Assembly: GCA_963829475.1 (NCBI GenBank)
Contig: CAWHIU010000003.1
Span: 17,196 to 81,195 of the forward strand
Source: an uncultured Actinomycetes bacterium
GTDB taxonomy: Bacteria; Actinomycetota; Acidimicrobiia; IMCC26256; JANYLB01
Length of the DNA stretch: 64,000 nucleotides
Direction: 5' to 3'
Below are positions 35,361-51,103 of the stretch, piece after piece (position 1 is the first letter of the stretch; each line of letters opens with the position of its first letter). Under the pieces are notes generated by a model. That model worked only from the letters and a program-made list of their open reading frames with translations, ran no database searches and was not told the origin of the DNA. Both the position numbers and the translations under genes were made by a program.

Positions 35361-36335
35361 ATGGAGTTGGTGCCCAAGAAGCGGTTGATGCTCTTCGCCG
35401 GGAGCGGCCATCGGTCGCTGTCGGAGGAGATCGCCCAGAGCCTCGACGTGCCGCTCTCGTCGGTCACGCTGTCGAACTTCGCCAACGGCGAGCTCTACTG
35501 CCGCTACGACGAGAACCTGCGCGGCGCCGACGTGTTCGTGCTCCAGACGCACTGTGAGCCGATCAACGACCGCATCTTCGAGCAGTTGATCATGATCGAC
35601 GCGGCGAAGCGCGCGTCGGCCAAGCGGATCACCGCCGTGTGTCCCTTCTACGGCTATGCCCGTCAGGACCGCAAGGCCGCGGGCCGTGAGCCGATCACCG
35701 CACGACTGCTCGCCGATCTGCTCACGGTCGCGGGCGCGGATCGGGTCGTGACCGTCGACCTGCACACCGGCCAGATCCAGGGGTTCTTCGACTTCCCCGT
35801 CGATCACCTCACCGCGGTGCCGCTGCTCGCCGACTACGTGGCCAACCGGGTCGACGGCGAGGTCACGGTGGTCGCACCCGACGCGGGTGGCGGCAAGCTC
35901 GCCCGCCGGTTCGCGAACTGCCTCGACGTCGAGGCCGAGCTCGCGTTCGTCGACAAGAGCCGGCCGAAGGGCACCCACAACATCGCGGTGGCGAACGATG
36001 TGGTCGGTGTGATCGAAGGGCGCCACTGCGTGCTCGTCGACGACATGATCGACACTGCCGGGTCGATCACCGCAGGCGCGGAGCTCTTGATGGATCGGGG
36101 CGCCGAGTCGGTGATCATCGCGGCCACGCACGGCCTGCTCTCGGGCCCTGCCGTCGACCGGCTCAAGAACGCCCGGGTGCGAGAGGTCGTGGTCACGAAC
36201 ACCCTGCCGATCTCCGACGACAAGCGCTTCGACAACCTCACTGTCCTCTCGATCGCCCCGATCGTGGCCGAGGTTCTCGGTGCCGTGTTCGGCGACAAGT
36301 CCGTCAGCGAGCTCTTCCGCGGCGACAACCTCTGA
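35361..36335 (+). CDS. prs: Ribose-phosphate diphosphokinase
   Basis: The ORF is an intact 324 aa. Motifs present are FANGE, YGYARQDRK, VTVDLH and VLVDDMIDTAGS. Confidence 0.95.
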   Translation: MELVPKKRLMLFAGSGHRSLSEEIAQSLDVPLSSVTLSNFANGELYCRYDENLRGADVFVLQTHCEPINDRIFEQLIMIDAAKRASAKRITAVCPFYGYARQDRKAAGREPITARLLADLLTVAGADRVVTVDLHTGQIQGFFDFPVDHLTAVPLLADYVANRVDGEVTVVAPDAGGGKLARRFANCLDVEAELAFVDKSRPKGTHNIAVANDVVGVIEGRHCVLVDDMIDTAGSITAGAELLMDRGAESVIIAATHGLLSGPAVDRLKNARVREVVVTNTLPISDDKRFDNLTVLSIAPIVAEVLGAVFGDKSVSELFRGDNL

Positions 36336-36437
36336 CGTCCTGTCTGGTCGGCTCCGCTGTGTCGGCTCGATCGCTCACCCGTTGCCGTTCTGCGGTTACT
36401 TTCCGCCGACTCCGCTTCGCCTCCTAGGCTGCTCGCC

Positions 36438-37200
36438 GTGACCGAGGAGACGAGCGCCAAGTCGGGCCGCAAGTGGAGCGCGCTGCGGAAGTTCTACGAG
36501 ACCGCGGCCGATGGCGACGCGGGGGAGTTCCCCCGCTACGAGCTCCAACTCGAGCAGCTCCGGAGTCTCGCCGGTCAGCTCCCCCCCGCGCCGCGTTTTC
36601 TCGATCTCGGCTGCGCGTCGGGTGCATGGTCGGCTCGAGTTGCGTCGACGCTCGGCGCGTCGTCGGTGGTCGGCGTCGACCTGTCGACGAAGGCGTTGCG
36701 CGTCGCGACGGAGCGCGGGATCCAGGCGGTGTTCGCGTCGGTCGACGGCGGCGTGCTGCCGTTCCGCACCGGGTCGCTCGACATCGTGATGCTCGACGAG
36801 GTGATCGAGCACGTGGTCGACACCGACGGCATCGTCGACGAGATCTACCGGGTCCTGCACCCCGACGGTGTGCTCATCCTCTCGACGCCCAACCTCGCGG
36901 CGTGGTTCAACCGGATCGGTCTGCTCGCCGGTCTCCAGCCGGCCTTCACCGAGGTGGCCTACTCGGGGGTCTACGGCCGGCCCGGCGACGAGGTCGTCGG
37001 TCACCTCCGGCTGTTCACCTGGCGGGCGCTGCGGGAGTTCCTCGCCGCCCACGACTTCGAGATCGTCTCCGTCAAGGGGGCGCCGTTCCACGGCCTTCCC
37101 CGCGCTCGTGCACGGCCTCGATCGCCTCGCGACCCGGTCACCGTCGGTCGCGGCCGACCTGCTCGTGGTCGCCCGGCCCGGGGGCCTGCGTTCGCCCTGA
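36438..37200 (+). pseudogene. Class I SAM-dependent methyltransferase, with one frame break near 37100
   Basis: It has the motif I sequence FLDLGCASGAWS and DIVMLDEVIEHV. After the shift the tail reads ALVHGLDRLATRSPSVAADLLVVARP. Confidence 0.7.
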
Positions 37201-37268
37201 GGCACCCGGCGTGGCAGAATCTGACGTTCCCGATCCTCCCCTTCTGATCCTGAGGACGTTCTCGCGAC

Positions 37269-37934
37269 ATGGCCGACGTAGAGCTCACCGCCGAAACGCG
37301 CCCGGAGCGCGGTTCCCGCCCCGCCGGGCGACTCCGCCGCACCGGCAAGGTTCCCGCCGTCGTGTACGGCCTCGATGCCGAAGCGGTGTCGGTCACGGTC
37401 CCGGCGCGGGAGCTCTCGCACCTGCTCGCCGGTGAGGGTGGCGCGAACACCCTGATCCGCCTCCAGGTCGACGGGAACGAGCAGCTCACGCTGGCCCGCC
37501 AGATCCAGCGGCACCCGACCCGCGGTGATCTCGTCCACGTCGACTTCGTGCGCATCCGCCGCGACGTCGCGGTCCAGGCCGAGGTCCCGCTGCACCTCGT
37601 GGGTGAGGCACCCGGGAGCCGCGACGGTGGCCTGGTCGAGCAGCTGATCTTCAGCCTCACCATCGAGGCGAAGCCGGCCGACATCCCGAACGTGGTCGAG
37701 GTCGACATCTCGGCGCTCGAGATCGGTGACCAGATCCGCATCGCGGAGGTCACCGTCGACGCCGGCGTGTCGTTCCTGCACGAGTCCGACGAGCTCGTCG
37801 TACAGGTCGTGGCCCCGCGTCTCGCCGAGGTGGAAGCGACCGCCGAGGGCGAAGAGGGTGCCGAAGGAGTCGAAGGCGCAGCTGCGTCGACCGACGGCGA
37901 GTCGTCGGGCGACGGCGGCGGCGACTCCGAGTAA
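37269..37934 (+). CDS. rplY: 50S ribosomal protein L25 / general stress protein Ctc
   Basis: The ORF is an intact 221 aa. Motifs present are RRTGKVPAVVYG and HPTRGDLVHVDF, followed by an acidic C-terminal tail. Confidence 0.9.
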   Translation: MADVELTAETRPERGSRPAGRLRRTGKVPAVVYGLDAEAVSVTVPARELSHLLAGEGGANTLIRLQVDGNEQLTLARQIQRHPTRGDLVHVDFVRIRRDVAVQAEVPLHLVGEAPGSRDGGLVEQLIFSLTIEAKPADIPNVVEVDISALEIGDQIRIAEVTVDAGVSFLHESDELVVQVVAPRLAEVEATAEGEEGAEGVEGAAASTDGESSGDGGGDSE

Positions 37935-37937
37935 CCC

Positions 37938-38543
37938 GTGCTGCGGCGCGGAGCACGCGCCGACCGCACCGGAACCCCCGCCGACTTCCTCGTCGTCGGA
38001 CTCGGCAATCCCGGTGACGAGTACGCGAAGACGCGTCACAACGTGGGCGCCGAGGTGGTCGAGCTCCTGGCTCGACGGCATGGTGCGCGCCTGCGCAAGG
38101 CGAAGAAGGAGCACGCGCTCGTCGACGAGGTGCGCATCGGTTCGTCGCGCGTCGCGCTCGCGGTCCCGCTCACGTACATGAACGACTCCGGCCAGGCCGT
38201 GCAGGCACTCGCGCGTCGGTTCGGGGTCGAGACCGAGCAGATCGTGGTCGTGCACGACGAGCTCGATCTCCCGGTCGCCGTGCTTCGGGTCAAGAGCGGC
38301 GGCGGTCTCGCGGGTCACAACGGGCTCAGGTCGATCAAGCAACACCTCCACGACGATCGCTTCGCTCGCGTGCGACTCGGGGTCGGCAAGCCCCAGAGTC
38401 GGGAACAGGGCGTGAACCACGTCCTCAACCGGTTCTCCAAGCGCGAGCGCACCGAGGTCGACGTGACCATCGAACAGGCCGCCGATGCCGTCGAGTCCAT
38501 CGTCATCGACGGCATCGACACCGCCATGAACCGCTTCAACTGA
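37938..38543 (+). CDS. pth: Peptidyl-tRNA hydrolase
   Basis: The ORF is an intact 201 aa. Motifs present are LVVGLGNPG.EY..TRHNVG, PLTYMNDSG and GGLAGHNGLRS. Confidence 0.9.
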   Translation: MLRRGARADRTGTPADFLVVGLGNPGDEYAKTRHNVGAEVVELLARRHGARLRKAKKEHALVDEVRIGSSRVALAVPLTYMNDSGQAVQALARRFGVETEQIVVVHDELDLPVAVLRVKSGGGLAGHNGLRSIKQHLHDDRFARVRLGVGKPQSREQGVNHVLNRFSKRERTEVDVTIEQAADAVESIVIDGIDTAMNRFN

Positions 38544-38569
38544 CTTCCCGCTCTCGGCCCTCCGGGCCA

Positions 38570-38642
38570 GCCCGCCCCAACCCGCCGAGTTGGTGCACTT
38601 CGCGGACCATGCGACCGCGAAGTGCACCAACGTGGGGCGGGC
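38570..38642. repeat. Dispersed palindromic intergenic element, copy 1 (REP-like; doubles as the terminator hairpin after pth)
   Basis: The core is the perfect 16-bp stem TTGGTGCACTTCGCGG-accatgcga-CCGCGAAGTGCACCAA at 38590-38630. It is nested inside the outer stem GCCCGCCCCA/TGGGGCGGGC. It is about 85% identical to 52961-53025. Confidence 0.8.
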
Positions 38643-38733
38643 TCGGGGGAAATCGGCACGTGGCGGGTAGCGTTCGGGAGCCGAGCAACCCCGGGGGGCG
38701 ACGTCGTTCCCCGGGTCGTTCGCGCGCCCGTCG

Positions 38734-42137
<3,404 letters not shown>

Positions 42138-42141
<4 letters not shown>

Positions 42142-43220
42142 AGCGCCTTCTCGTCTTTCTCGCCGTCCTCCTCACGTCCGTGCTCGGACTCTCTGCCTGT
42201 ACCGGGGGGGCCAGTGGCTACGCGTACGTCTTCGACGGCGACACCACCACCCAGGCGACCGTCGACCGGGAGCTCGAGGCGCTCAAGAACAACAAGCTGT
42301 TCGCCCAGGCGCTCAAGCAGGGCAGCTCGCCCGTCTCGCTGAGCAACAGCAACGGTTCGATCAACGCCGAGGTGTCGGCCGCGTGGGTCAACGCGATGGT
42401 CCAGTACGAGGCGATCGACCGCGCCGTCAAGGCGCAGAAGATCCCGGTGACGGCGGCTGATCGTCAACAGGCGACCACGCAGGTCACCCAGCTCTTCGGG
42501 ACCGCGCAGGTCTTCTCGAAGTTCCCGAAGTGGTTCCAGGTCCGGGAGCTCGCCCGTGAGGCGCGCAAGGTCGCGTTCGTGCGCAAGGTCGCGACGGTGC
42601 CGACCGAGGCCGACGCGCAGGCGTACTTCAACCAGAACATCACCCAGATCTGCCCGTCGGGGAAAGCGATCTCGCACATCCTCGTCGCGACGCAGGCCGA
42701 GGCCGACGCGATCGAGCAGGAGCTCGCTGCCGGCGGCGACTTCGCCACGATCGCGAAGCAGAAGTCGACCGACACCCAGTCGGGAGCCGAGGGCGGCCTG
42801 CTCGGTTGCCTCGTCGGCGGGCCAGACCGTCGCCCGAGTTCCAGGCTGCGGCCGACGCGCTGGCTGTGGGCGAGACGTCGGCGCCCGGTGCAGATCGCAG
42901 TACGGCTTCCACGTTCTCCGCGCCGACGCGCCGACCTACGCGCTGTTCGCGACCCAGGTGCGCACAGCGCTCGAGCAGCAGAGCGCGGCCGCGGTGACCG
43001 GCCGGATCAGCAAGCGGGTCGCGAAGGCGACGCTGAAGCTGAACCCCCGCTACGGCCGCATCACCCGCAGCGCCGACGGCGTGCGGATCGTCGCGCCGAA
43101 GACCCCGCAGTCCGCAACGAGCCCAGCACCACGACCACGGTGCCGCGACCGAGCGTCCACCGGAGGCTCGATCCCGACGACGCCGACCACCCGACCGCCA
43201 TCACCGCAGCCCCGGGATGA
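42138..43220 (+). pseudogene. Parvulin-type peptidyl-prolyl isomerase lipoprotein (PrsA/SurA-like), with compensating frame breaks about 42820-43110
   Basis: The ATG at 42138 overlaps the mfd stop as ATGA. It has a signal peptide with the lipobox LGLSAC. The PpiC domain ISHILV...GGDFATIAKQKSTD..S...GG.LG is completed in other frames by AEFQAAADAL.VGETS.PVQSQYGFHVL. Confidence 0.75.
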
Positions 43221-44730
43221 CCCCGGGTCAGGTCGTGGTCGTCGGCCTCGGGCCCGCCGGCGCCGATCTCGTGCTGCCTGCGGCCCGGACGGCGATCGTG
43301 CGGACCCACCGGCGGTTCGTGCGCACGGCTCGGCACCCGGCGGTCGCCGAGCTCTCGCGCCACGGCCTCGACTTCGAGAGCTTCGACGCCCGCTACGAAG
43401 AGGCGTCCGACCTCGAGCAGGTCTACTCGTCGATCGTCGCGACCCTGGTGTCGGCGGTGCACGAGGGTGGGACCGTCGCGTACGCGGTGCCGGGCAACCC
43501 GGCCGTCGCCGAGCGGACCGTGACGCTGCTCCACGAGGCCGCCGCGGCGCGGTGAGATCCGCCTGTCGATCATCCCGGGCCTGTCGTTCGCCGACCTCGC
43601 GTGGTCGAAGCTCGGCGTCGATCCGTGCGCCGGCGGCCGCATCGTCGACGGCCAGCGGTTCGCGATCGACGCTGCCGGCGTGTCGGGTCGGCTGCTCATC
43701 GGCCAGTGCGACAGCCGGCTCGTGCTCTCCGACGTGAAGCTCGCGTTGCTCGACATCCTCCCGCCCGATACGCCGGTCACCGTGCTGCAGCGCCTCGGTC
43801 TCGCCGACGAGTTCGTGCACGACGTCGCGCTGGTCGACCTCGACCGCGTCGTCGAGCCCGACCATCTCACCACGCTGTACGTCGACACGGGCACGGTGCC
43901 GGTCGCCGGGGAGTTCGCCCGACTCGTCGAGCTCATGGAGCGGCTGCGGGCACCCGGCGGATGCCCGTGGGACGCCGAGCAGACTCACCACTCGCTCTCG
44001 CGGTACACGCCTCGAGGAGGCGTACGAGGTCGTCGAGGCGATCGAAGCGCTCCCGGCCGACGCGCCCGACGGCGGTGTCGACGCGGCGCCCGACGCCTAC
44101 GCCGCGCTCGGCGACGAGCTCGGCGACCTGCTGTGCCAGGTCGTCTTCCACTCCGTGCTGGCCCGGGAGGCCGGTGCGTTCACGTCGCCGATGTGGTCAC
44201 CGGGATCCACGACAAGTTGGTCCGTCGCCATCCGCACGTGTTCGCCGACGCCGACGATCCGATGTCGGGCGCGACGACGACCGATGACGTGATGCACAAC
44301 TGGGAGCAGATCAAGAAGGAGGAGAAGGCGACCGAATCGCTCGTCGAGGGCATCACCCCCGGCCTGCCGTCGCTGCTCTACGCGCACAAGCTCTTCCGCA
44401 AGGCCGCCTCCGTCGGCCTCGACCCGGGGACCCTCGACGACGCGGTCGACCGCATCGACGAGCGCCGCCGACCGGCTCCGGACCGGCGACGATCCCGAGA
44501 ACGCGCTCGGCCGACCTCCTGGCCGGTGCCGTGGTCGCCGCCCGAGCCCAGGGCGTCGACGCCGAATCCGTGCTGCGGGGCTGGGCCGCCCGCTTCCGAG
44601 AGCGCTTCGTCCGCGCCGAGGCCCTCGCGGCCGCAGCGGGGTACCGACCTCGGGGCCGCTCGACCCGGCCGGCGTTGCCGCTCTCTGGCTCGAAGCCGCC
44701 GCACCCGGCGTCGCCCACGCCCGACCCTGA
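43217..44730 (+). pseudogene. mazG: Nucleoside triphosphate pyrophosphohydrolase MazG fused to an N-terminal tetrapyrrole-methylase-like domain (YabN architecture), with at least 5 frame breaks
   Basis: The N-terminal domain is VVVVGLGPAG...VAYAVPGNP.VAE...IIPGLSF. The MazG repeats are LRAPGGCPWD.EQTH.SL..Y.LEEAYEV.EAI, GDELGDLL.QVVFH and HPHVF...WEQIKK.EK. The inferred stop is the TGA at 44728-44730. Confidence 0.8.
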
Positions 44731-44884
44731 CGGCCCGCCGCCTGACCCCGGCCGCTGGACAGCATCGCTGCGATTCCCCGGCCGGAACGAGGCACGCGGC
44801 TAAGTTCGTCACTCCAACAACACCAGCACCATCCGAACCAGAACTGGCACCACCGTCCCCCGGCCCCCGACCTCGCGAGCTGCC

Positions 44885-46531
<1,647 letters not shown>

Positions 46532-46619
46532 GGCCGCGATGCGGTCGGCTCGCCCGCGCGGCGAGCACCTCCGGGATGTCGTTCGGGAGGATCTCGGCAG
46601 GGATTCGTAGACTCGGGGC

Positions 46620-47123
46620 GTGCCCTCATCACCCACCGACGTCGACGTCGTCACCGAGCTCCTCGGCCGTGAGCCACGCGCCGACTTCGATGTCGTCGTC
46701 CGCACTCCGACCGGTGATCCGTTGGTCATCCGCAACGCGCCGCTCCTGCTCGACGGCACGCCCATGCCGACCCGCTACTGGCTGGTCGATCCCGACGTCT
46801 CGCGCGCCGTCGCGCAACTCGAGTCGGCGGGCGGTGTGCGGAGCGCCGATGCCGCGGTCGATCCCGACGAGCTCCGGGCCGCGCACGATGCCTACGCGGC
46901 CGAACGCGACGCCGCGCTCGACCCTGCGCACGCCGGGCCGCGCCCTTCGGGCGGAGTCGGTGGTACGCGCACCGGCGTGAAATGTCTGCACGCCCACTAC
47001 GCGTACCTGCTTGCCGGCGGTGCCGATCCGGTCGGCGAGTGGGTCGCGGCGCAGCTGTCCGCCGGAGCATCCGAAGCGTCCGCGCCATCCGAGCCGTCCG
47101 AGGCATCCGGAGACGCGCGATGA
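46620..47123 (+). CDS. DUF501 domain protein
   Basis: The ORF is an intact 167 aa. Motifs present are PMPTRYWL and GVKCLHAHYAY.LAGG.DPVG.W. It sits between ftsB and ppx, as in other actinobacteria. Confidence 0.75.
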   Translation: MPSSPTDVDVVTELLGREPRADFDVVVRTPTGDPLVIRNAPLLLDGTPMPTRYWLVDPDVSRAVAQLESAGGVRSADAAVDPDELRAAHDAYAAERDAALDPAHAGPRPSGGVGGTRTGVKCLHAHYAYLLAGGADPVGEWVAAQLSAGASEASAPSEPSEASGDAR

Positions 47124-48043
47124 GACTCGCGGCTGTCGACATCGGCACCAACTCGGTGCGTCTCCTCGTCTCCGATGTCGACGTTGATGGATCGATCCGC
47201 ACGCTCGATCGCCGGATGCACATCACCCGGCTCGGACAGGGCGTCGACGCGAGCCGACGGCTCGCGCCCGAGGCCATCGAGCGGACGTTGGCCGTGCTGC
47301 GTGAGTACCACGGTGTGATCACCGACCTCGGGGTCGAGCACGTGCGGGCCACGGCGACGAGTGCCGCACGCGACGCGACGAATCGCGATGCCTTCTTCGG
47401 CCCCGGGCGCGACGCGCTCGGCACCGAGCTCGAGCTCCTCCCCGGTGAGGAGGAAGCCACGTTGTCGTTCCGGGGTGCGACCGCCGGGCTCGACCCACTC
47501 GACGGGCCGGGCCCGTACCTGGTGATCGACATCGGTGGTGGCTCCACGGAGTTCGTCGTCGGGACGACCGCTCCGACCGGTCTGGTGTCGGTCGACATCG
47601 GCTGTGTGCGGATCACGGAGCAGTTCCTCCACTCGGATCCGCCGTCACCCGAGGAGCTCTCGCAGGCAGTCTCGGTGGTGCGCGATCACCTCGCCGACGT
47701 CAGTCGGACGATTCCCGGTATCCGCGACGTCTCCACCGTGATCGGCTTGGCCGGAACCGTGACGACTGTCGCGGCGATCGAGCTCGGTCTCCCGACGTAC
47801 GACGCCGAGAAGATCCACCACTTCCGGCTGTCACGCGAGGCGGTCGAAGACGTCTTCCGCACGCTCGCCACCGAGCCCGCGGAGCAGCGCCGCCACAACC
47901 CGGGATTGGAAGCGGAACGGGTCGACGTGATCGTCGGCGGGACGATCGTGCTTGCGGCAGTGATGCGGGCGTTCGAGGTCAAGGAGATGCTGGTGTCGGA
48001 GTCCGACATCCTCGATGGCCTCATCCTCAGCCAGATCCCCTAG
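47120..48043 (+). CDS. ppx: Ppx/GppA-family exopolyphosphatase
   Basis: The ATG at 47120 overlaps the DUF501 stop as ATGA. Motifs present are AAVDIGTNSVRLLV, ATSAARDA.N and VIDIGGGSTEF. Confidence 0.85.
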   Translation: MRLAAVDIGTNSVRLLVSDVDVDGSIRTLDRRMHITRLGQGVDASRRLAPEAIERTLAVLREYHGVITDLGVEHVRATATSAARDATNRDAFFGPGRDALGTELELLPGEEEATLSFRGATAGLDPLDGPGPYLVIDIGGGSTEFVVGTTAPTGLVSVDIGCVRITEQFLHSDPPSPEELSQAVSVVRDHLADVSRTIPGIRDVSTVIGLAGTVTTVAAIELGLPTYDAEKIHHFRLSREAVEDVFRTLATEPAEQRRHNPGLEAERVDVIVGGTIVLAAVMRAFEVKEMLVSESDILDGLILSQIP

Positions 48044-48929
48044 CAGCTTGACGGTCGAAGGCGTCGAGGATCGCCTGACTGCGTTCGACCAGCCGCTCGC
48101 GATACTCCCCGTGGGTGAAGATGTAACGCTCACCGCGATGGAGCTCATCGAGAAGATTCCGGATCGCGACTTTCGGATCGACGACGGTCGTTCCGGCCAG
48201 GCTGCTGCTCAGGAGCACTTCGATGTCGTCGTCGAGCGTCACCGACGGCCCGAGCGCGGCCGGCCGGGCTGCCGCGCTGCTGTCGAGGTGTCGCGTTGCC
48301 ATGGCGGCGGGGAACAGGATCGAGACCGAGATGTCCTCGGGTGCCAACTCGAGCCGCAACGTCTCACCGAAGCCGACGACGGCGTGCTTGCTCGATGTGT
48401 ACGCCGCCAGCCGGGCTCCGGTGTCGAAGACGGCGGACGACGCCGTGAGCAGCACATGACGGGAGCCACCCGCGCGGCGCATCGACGGTAGGAATGCGGT
48501 CACGGTGTTGACGGGACCACCCACGTTGACGGACAAGACCCACTGCCAGTCGTTCGGTGTCAGCCGGTCGACAGCCCCGAACTGCTGCACTCCGACGTTG
48601 GCACACACGGCAGTCACCGGCCCGAGGGAGGCTTCGACCGCCGCAGCCGCAGCATCCATCGAGTCGGCGTCGGCAACGTCCACCTCGAGGGCGATGGACT
48701 CGCGTCCGAGTGCCGCGACTGCCTCGGCGGTCGCGCGGGCGCGAACGTGATCGATGTCGAGAGCGGCGACGTCGTAGCCCGCGTCGGCGAACTCCAGTGC
48801 CATCGCCTCGCCGAGACCGGACCCGGCTCCGGTGATGGCCACGACTGGTTGGACGGTCTCATGCTCGGGTCGCTTGAAGGTGCTCACTGCTTCACTCCGG
48901 GCTCCGCGTGTCGGAAGAAGTACTCGCAC
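48027..48929 (-). CDS. SDR-family oxidoreductase
   Basis: The ORF is intact. It has AITGAGSGLG, NVGV and the active-site sequence YTSSKHAVVG. The start may be the internal GTG at 48887. Confidence 0.8.
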   Translation of the reverse strand: MRVLLPTRGARSEAVSTFKRPEHETVQPVVAITGAGSGLGEAMALEFADAGYDVAALDIDHVRARATAEAVAALGRESIALEVDVADADSMDAAAAAVEASLGPVTAVCANVGVQQFGAVDRLTPNDWQWVLSVNVGGPVNTVTAFLPSMRRAGGSRHVLLTASSAVFDTGARLAAYTSSKHAVVGFGETLRLELAPEDISVSILFPAAMATRHLDSSAAARPAALGPSVTLDDDIEVLLSSSLAGTTVVDPKVAIRNLLDELHRGERYIFTHGEYRERLVERSQAILDAFDRQAARGSG

Positions 48930-49022
48930 CGGACGGGTGCATCAAGCATGCTCTCCTCAACGGGGGGCTTCATCAAGCCGTTCGACGAGTGGTCTCGATC
49001 CTGGCCGAGCACGGGGAGAACG

Positions 49023-49520
49023 ATGGAACTCGAACAGCTTGTCGACGTGTATGCCATCCAACTGCTGAAGGCCCGCTACTTCAGATACCTCGACACGAAG
49101 GCGTGGGACCTGTGGCGAGGCCTCTTCACCGACGATCTCGTCTTCTACGCCGAAGACTCGGCGCTGCCGAACGAGACCACGCCCATGGTGACCGGTGGCG
49201 ACGAGTTCGTGGCGTTCACCTCCACGGCCTTGGCGACCGCGGTCACGGTGCACCACGGACACATGCCCGACATCGAGCTCACCGGACCGGGTGAGGCGAC
49301 CGGGATCTGGGCGATGTACGACTGGATCGACGATGCCGAGAAGGGCTTCGCATTCGAGGGTTGGGGCCACTACCGGGAGAAGTATCGCAAGGGATCCGAC
49401 GGCGTCTGGCGGATCTCCGAACTGCGGTTGACCCGCCTCCGGACCGACGCCGCCGAGGCGACTCGCCCGGGTGGCGATCGTCCGTGGCCTCCGCCGTGGG
49501 AGGCGAAGCCACCCTCGTAG
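49023..49520 (+). CDS. SnoaL-like / NTF2-family protein
   Basis: It runs from the ATG at 49023. It contains LLKARYFRYLDTKAWDLWRGLFTDD and HHGHMPDIEL....A.GIWAMYD, typical of the SnoaL_4-type fold. No activity can be assigned. Confidence 0.6.
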   Translation: MELEQLVDVYAIQLLKARYFRYLDTKAWDLWRGLFTDDLVFYAEDSALPNETTPMVTGGDEFVAFTSTALATAVTVHHGHMPDIELTGPGEATGIWAMYDWIDDAEKGFAFEGWGHYREKYRKGSDGVWRISELRLTRLRTDAAEATRPGGDRPWPPPWEAKPPS

Positions 49521-49565
49521 AAGAAATCCCCTTATCGCGACGCTCTGCCGCTCCGAAGAAGTGGC

Positions 49566-49937
49566 ATGGAGCTGAACGAGTTCACCGGCACACTGGCGCA
49601 GATGACCCCGGCGAACGTTCACGCCGTGGCCCGTTCACATGCCGAGCACCACGGGTCGCCCGCCGACGAGATCGACGCGTTCCGGGCCGTGGTCCACATC
49701 GACACGGTGCTGCGCAAGCATGCACGCACCCGCGACGCCGCCCAAGCCGCCTTCGCCGCGACCCGCGCCGTCGCGTCCGCGGCCGAGGCGGGCGACATTC
49801 TCCTGCCCGATCCGGAGGTCACCCAGGTCTCGAGGGCCGCGGCGCTGATCGCGCGCGGCATCGTCGCGGGCCAGGAAGCCGATCATGACGTGCAGTGGCT
49901 GCTCCTCGAGTGGTCGGTTCTCTTCGAGCCGGCGTAG
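49566..49937 (+). CDS. Hypothetical protein
   Basis: The ORF is an intact 123 aa with GC3-rich codon usage like its neighbours. I recognise no family. Confidence 0.35.
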   Translation: MELNEFTGTLAQMTPANVHAVARSHAEHHGSPADEIDAFRAVVHIDTVLRKHARTRDAAQAAFAATRAVASAAEAGDILLPDPEVTQVSRAAALIARGIVAGQEADHDVQWLLLEWSVLFEPA

Positions 49938-49997
49938 CAACCGGCGTCACGGTCATCGGCGACCGACCGCGGCCGGCGAGCCGCGTACGATCACGGC

Positions 49998-51092
49998 GTG
50001 CCGCTGACTGATCGACTCCTCCTCGGACCCGGACCCTCGAACCCGTACCCCGAGGTCGCCGCCGCGTTCGCCCGCCCGCTCCTCGGGCACCTCGATCCCG
50101 ACTTCCTCGCGTTGCTCGACGAGACTTCGGCGCGCCTGCGCACGGTCTTCCGCACCGAGAACGCGCTCACCCTGCCGGTGAGCGGTACCGGGTCGGCGGG
50201 CATGGAAGCGTGCTTCGTGAACCTCGTCGAGCCCGGCGATCACGTGATCATCGGTGTGAACGGGGTGTTCGGCGAGCGGATGTGCGAGGTCGCCCGACGG
50301 TGTGGCGCGGAGCTGACACGCGTCGAGGCGCCGTGGGGACGCGCCATCGATCCCGAGTCGTTGCTCGGCGCGCAGCGGTCCCGACCCGACAGTCGGTTGG
50401 TCGCCGTCGTCCACGCCGAGACCTCGACGGGGGTCGAGAACCCGATCGAGCCGCTCGTCGCGCTCCAGGAGACCGACACGCTCCTGCTCGTCGACACGGT
50501 CACGTCGCTCGGTGGCATCCCGCTCGAGGTCGACGGTTGGGGGATCGACGCGGCCTACTCGGGCACGCAGAAGTGCCTCGGCGTTCCGCCGGGCCTCTCG
50601 CCGGTCACGTTCTCGGCTCGCGCGGTCGACCGGATCCGCACCCGCCGGACACCACCGCAGTCCTGGTACCTCGACCTCGGTCTCATCGGCGACTACGTCG
50701 GCGCGGCCCGCAAGTACCACCACACCGCGCCGATCGCGATGATCTTCGCCCTCCACGCCGGCCTCGGCGCGGTGCTCGACGAAGGCCTCCCCGTCGCGTG
50801 GGCGCGTCACCGGGCCGTGGGCGACCGGTTGCAAGCCGCGCCTCCCCGAGCTCGGCTTCCAGCTCCTCGCCGAGGAGGGCCACCGCCTCCCACAGCTCAC
50901 GTCGGCCGCGCTGCCCCCCGGCGCCGACGACGCAGGACTGCGCGAGGCCCTGCTCGAAGGCTGGGGCATCGAGGTGGGCGGGGGCCTCGGCGAATACGCG
51001 GGCACGGCTTGGCGCATCGGTCTGATGGGTCATTCCGCCCGCGAGCGGTCGGTGACCACCCTGCTCGGCGCACTCACCGAGCTGTTCGATTG
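49998..51092 (+). pseudogene. Class V aminotransferase (alanine-glyoxylate / serine-pyruvate type), with one frame break near 50845
   Basis: Motifs present are [10 protein letters not shown], the PLP-lysine sequence SGTQKCLGVPPGLSPV and YHHTAPI. After the shift the tail reads LPELGFQLLAEEGHRLPQLT...WRIGLMGHSA. Confidence 0.8.
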
Positions 51093-51103
51093 AGGAGTCC
51101 GTC

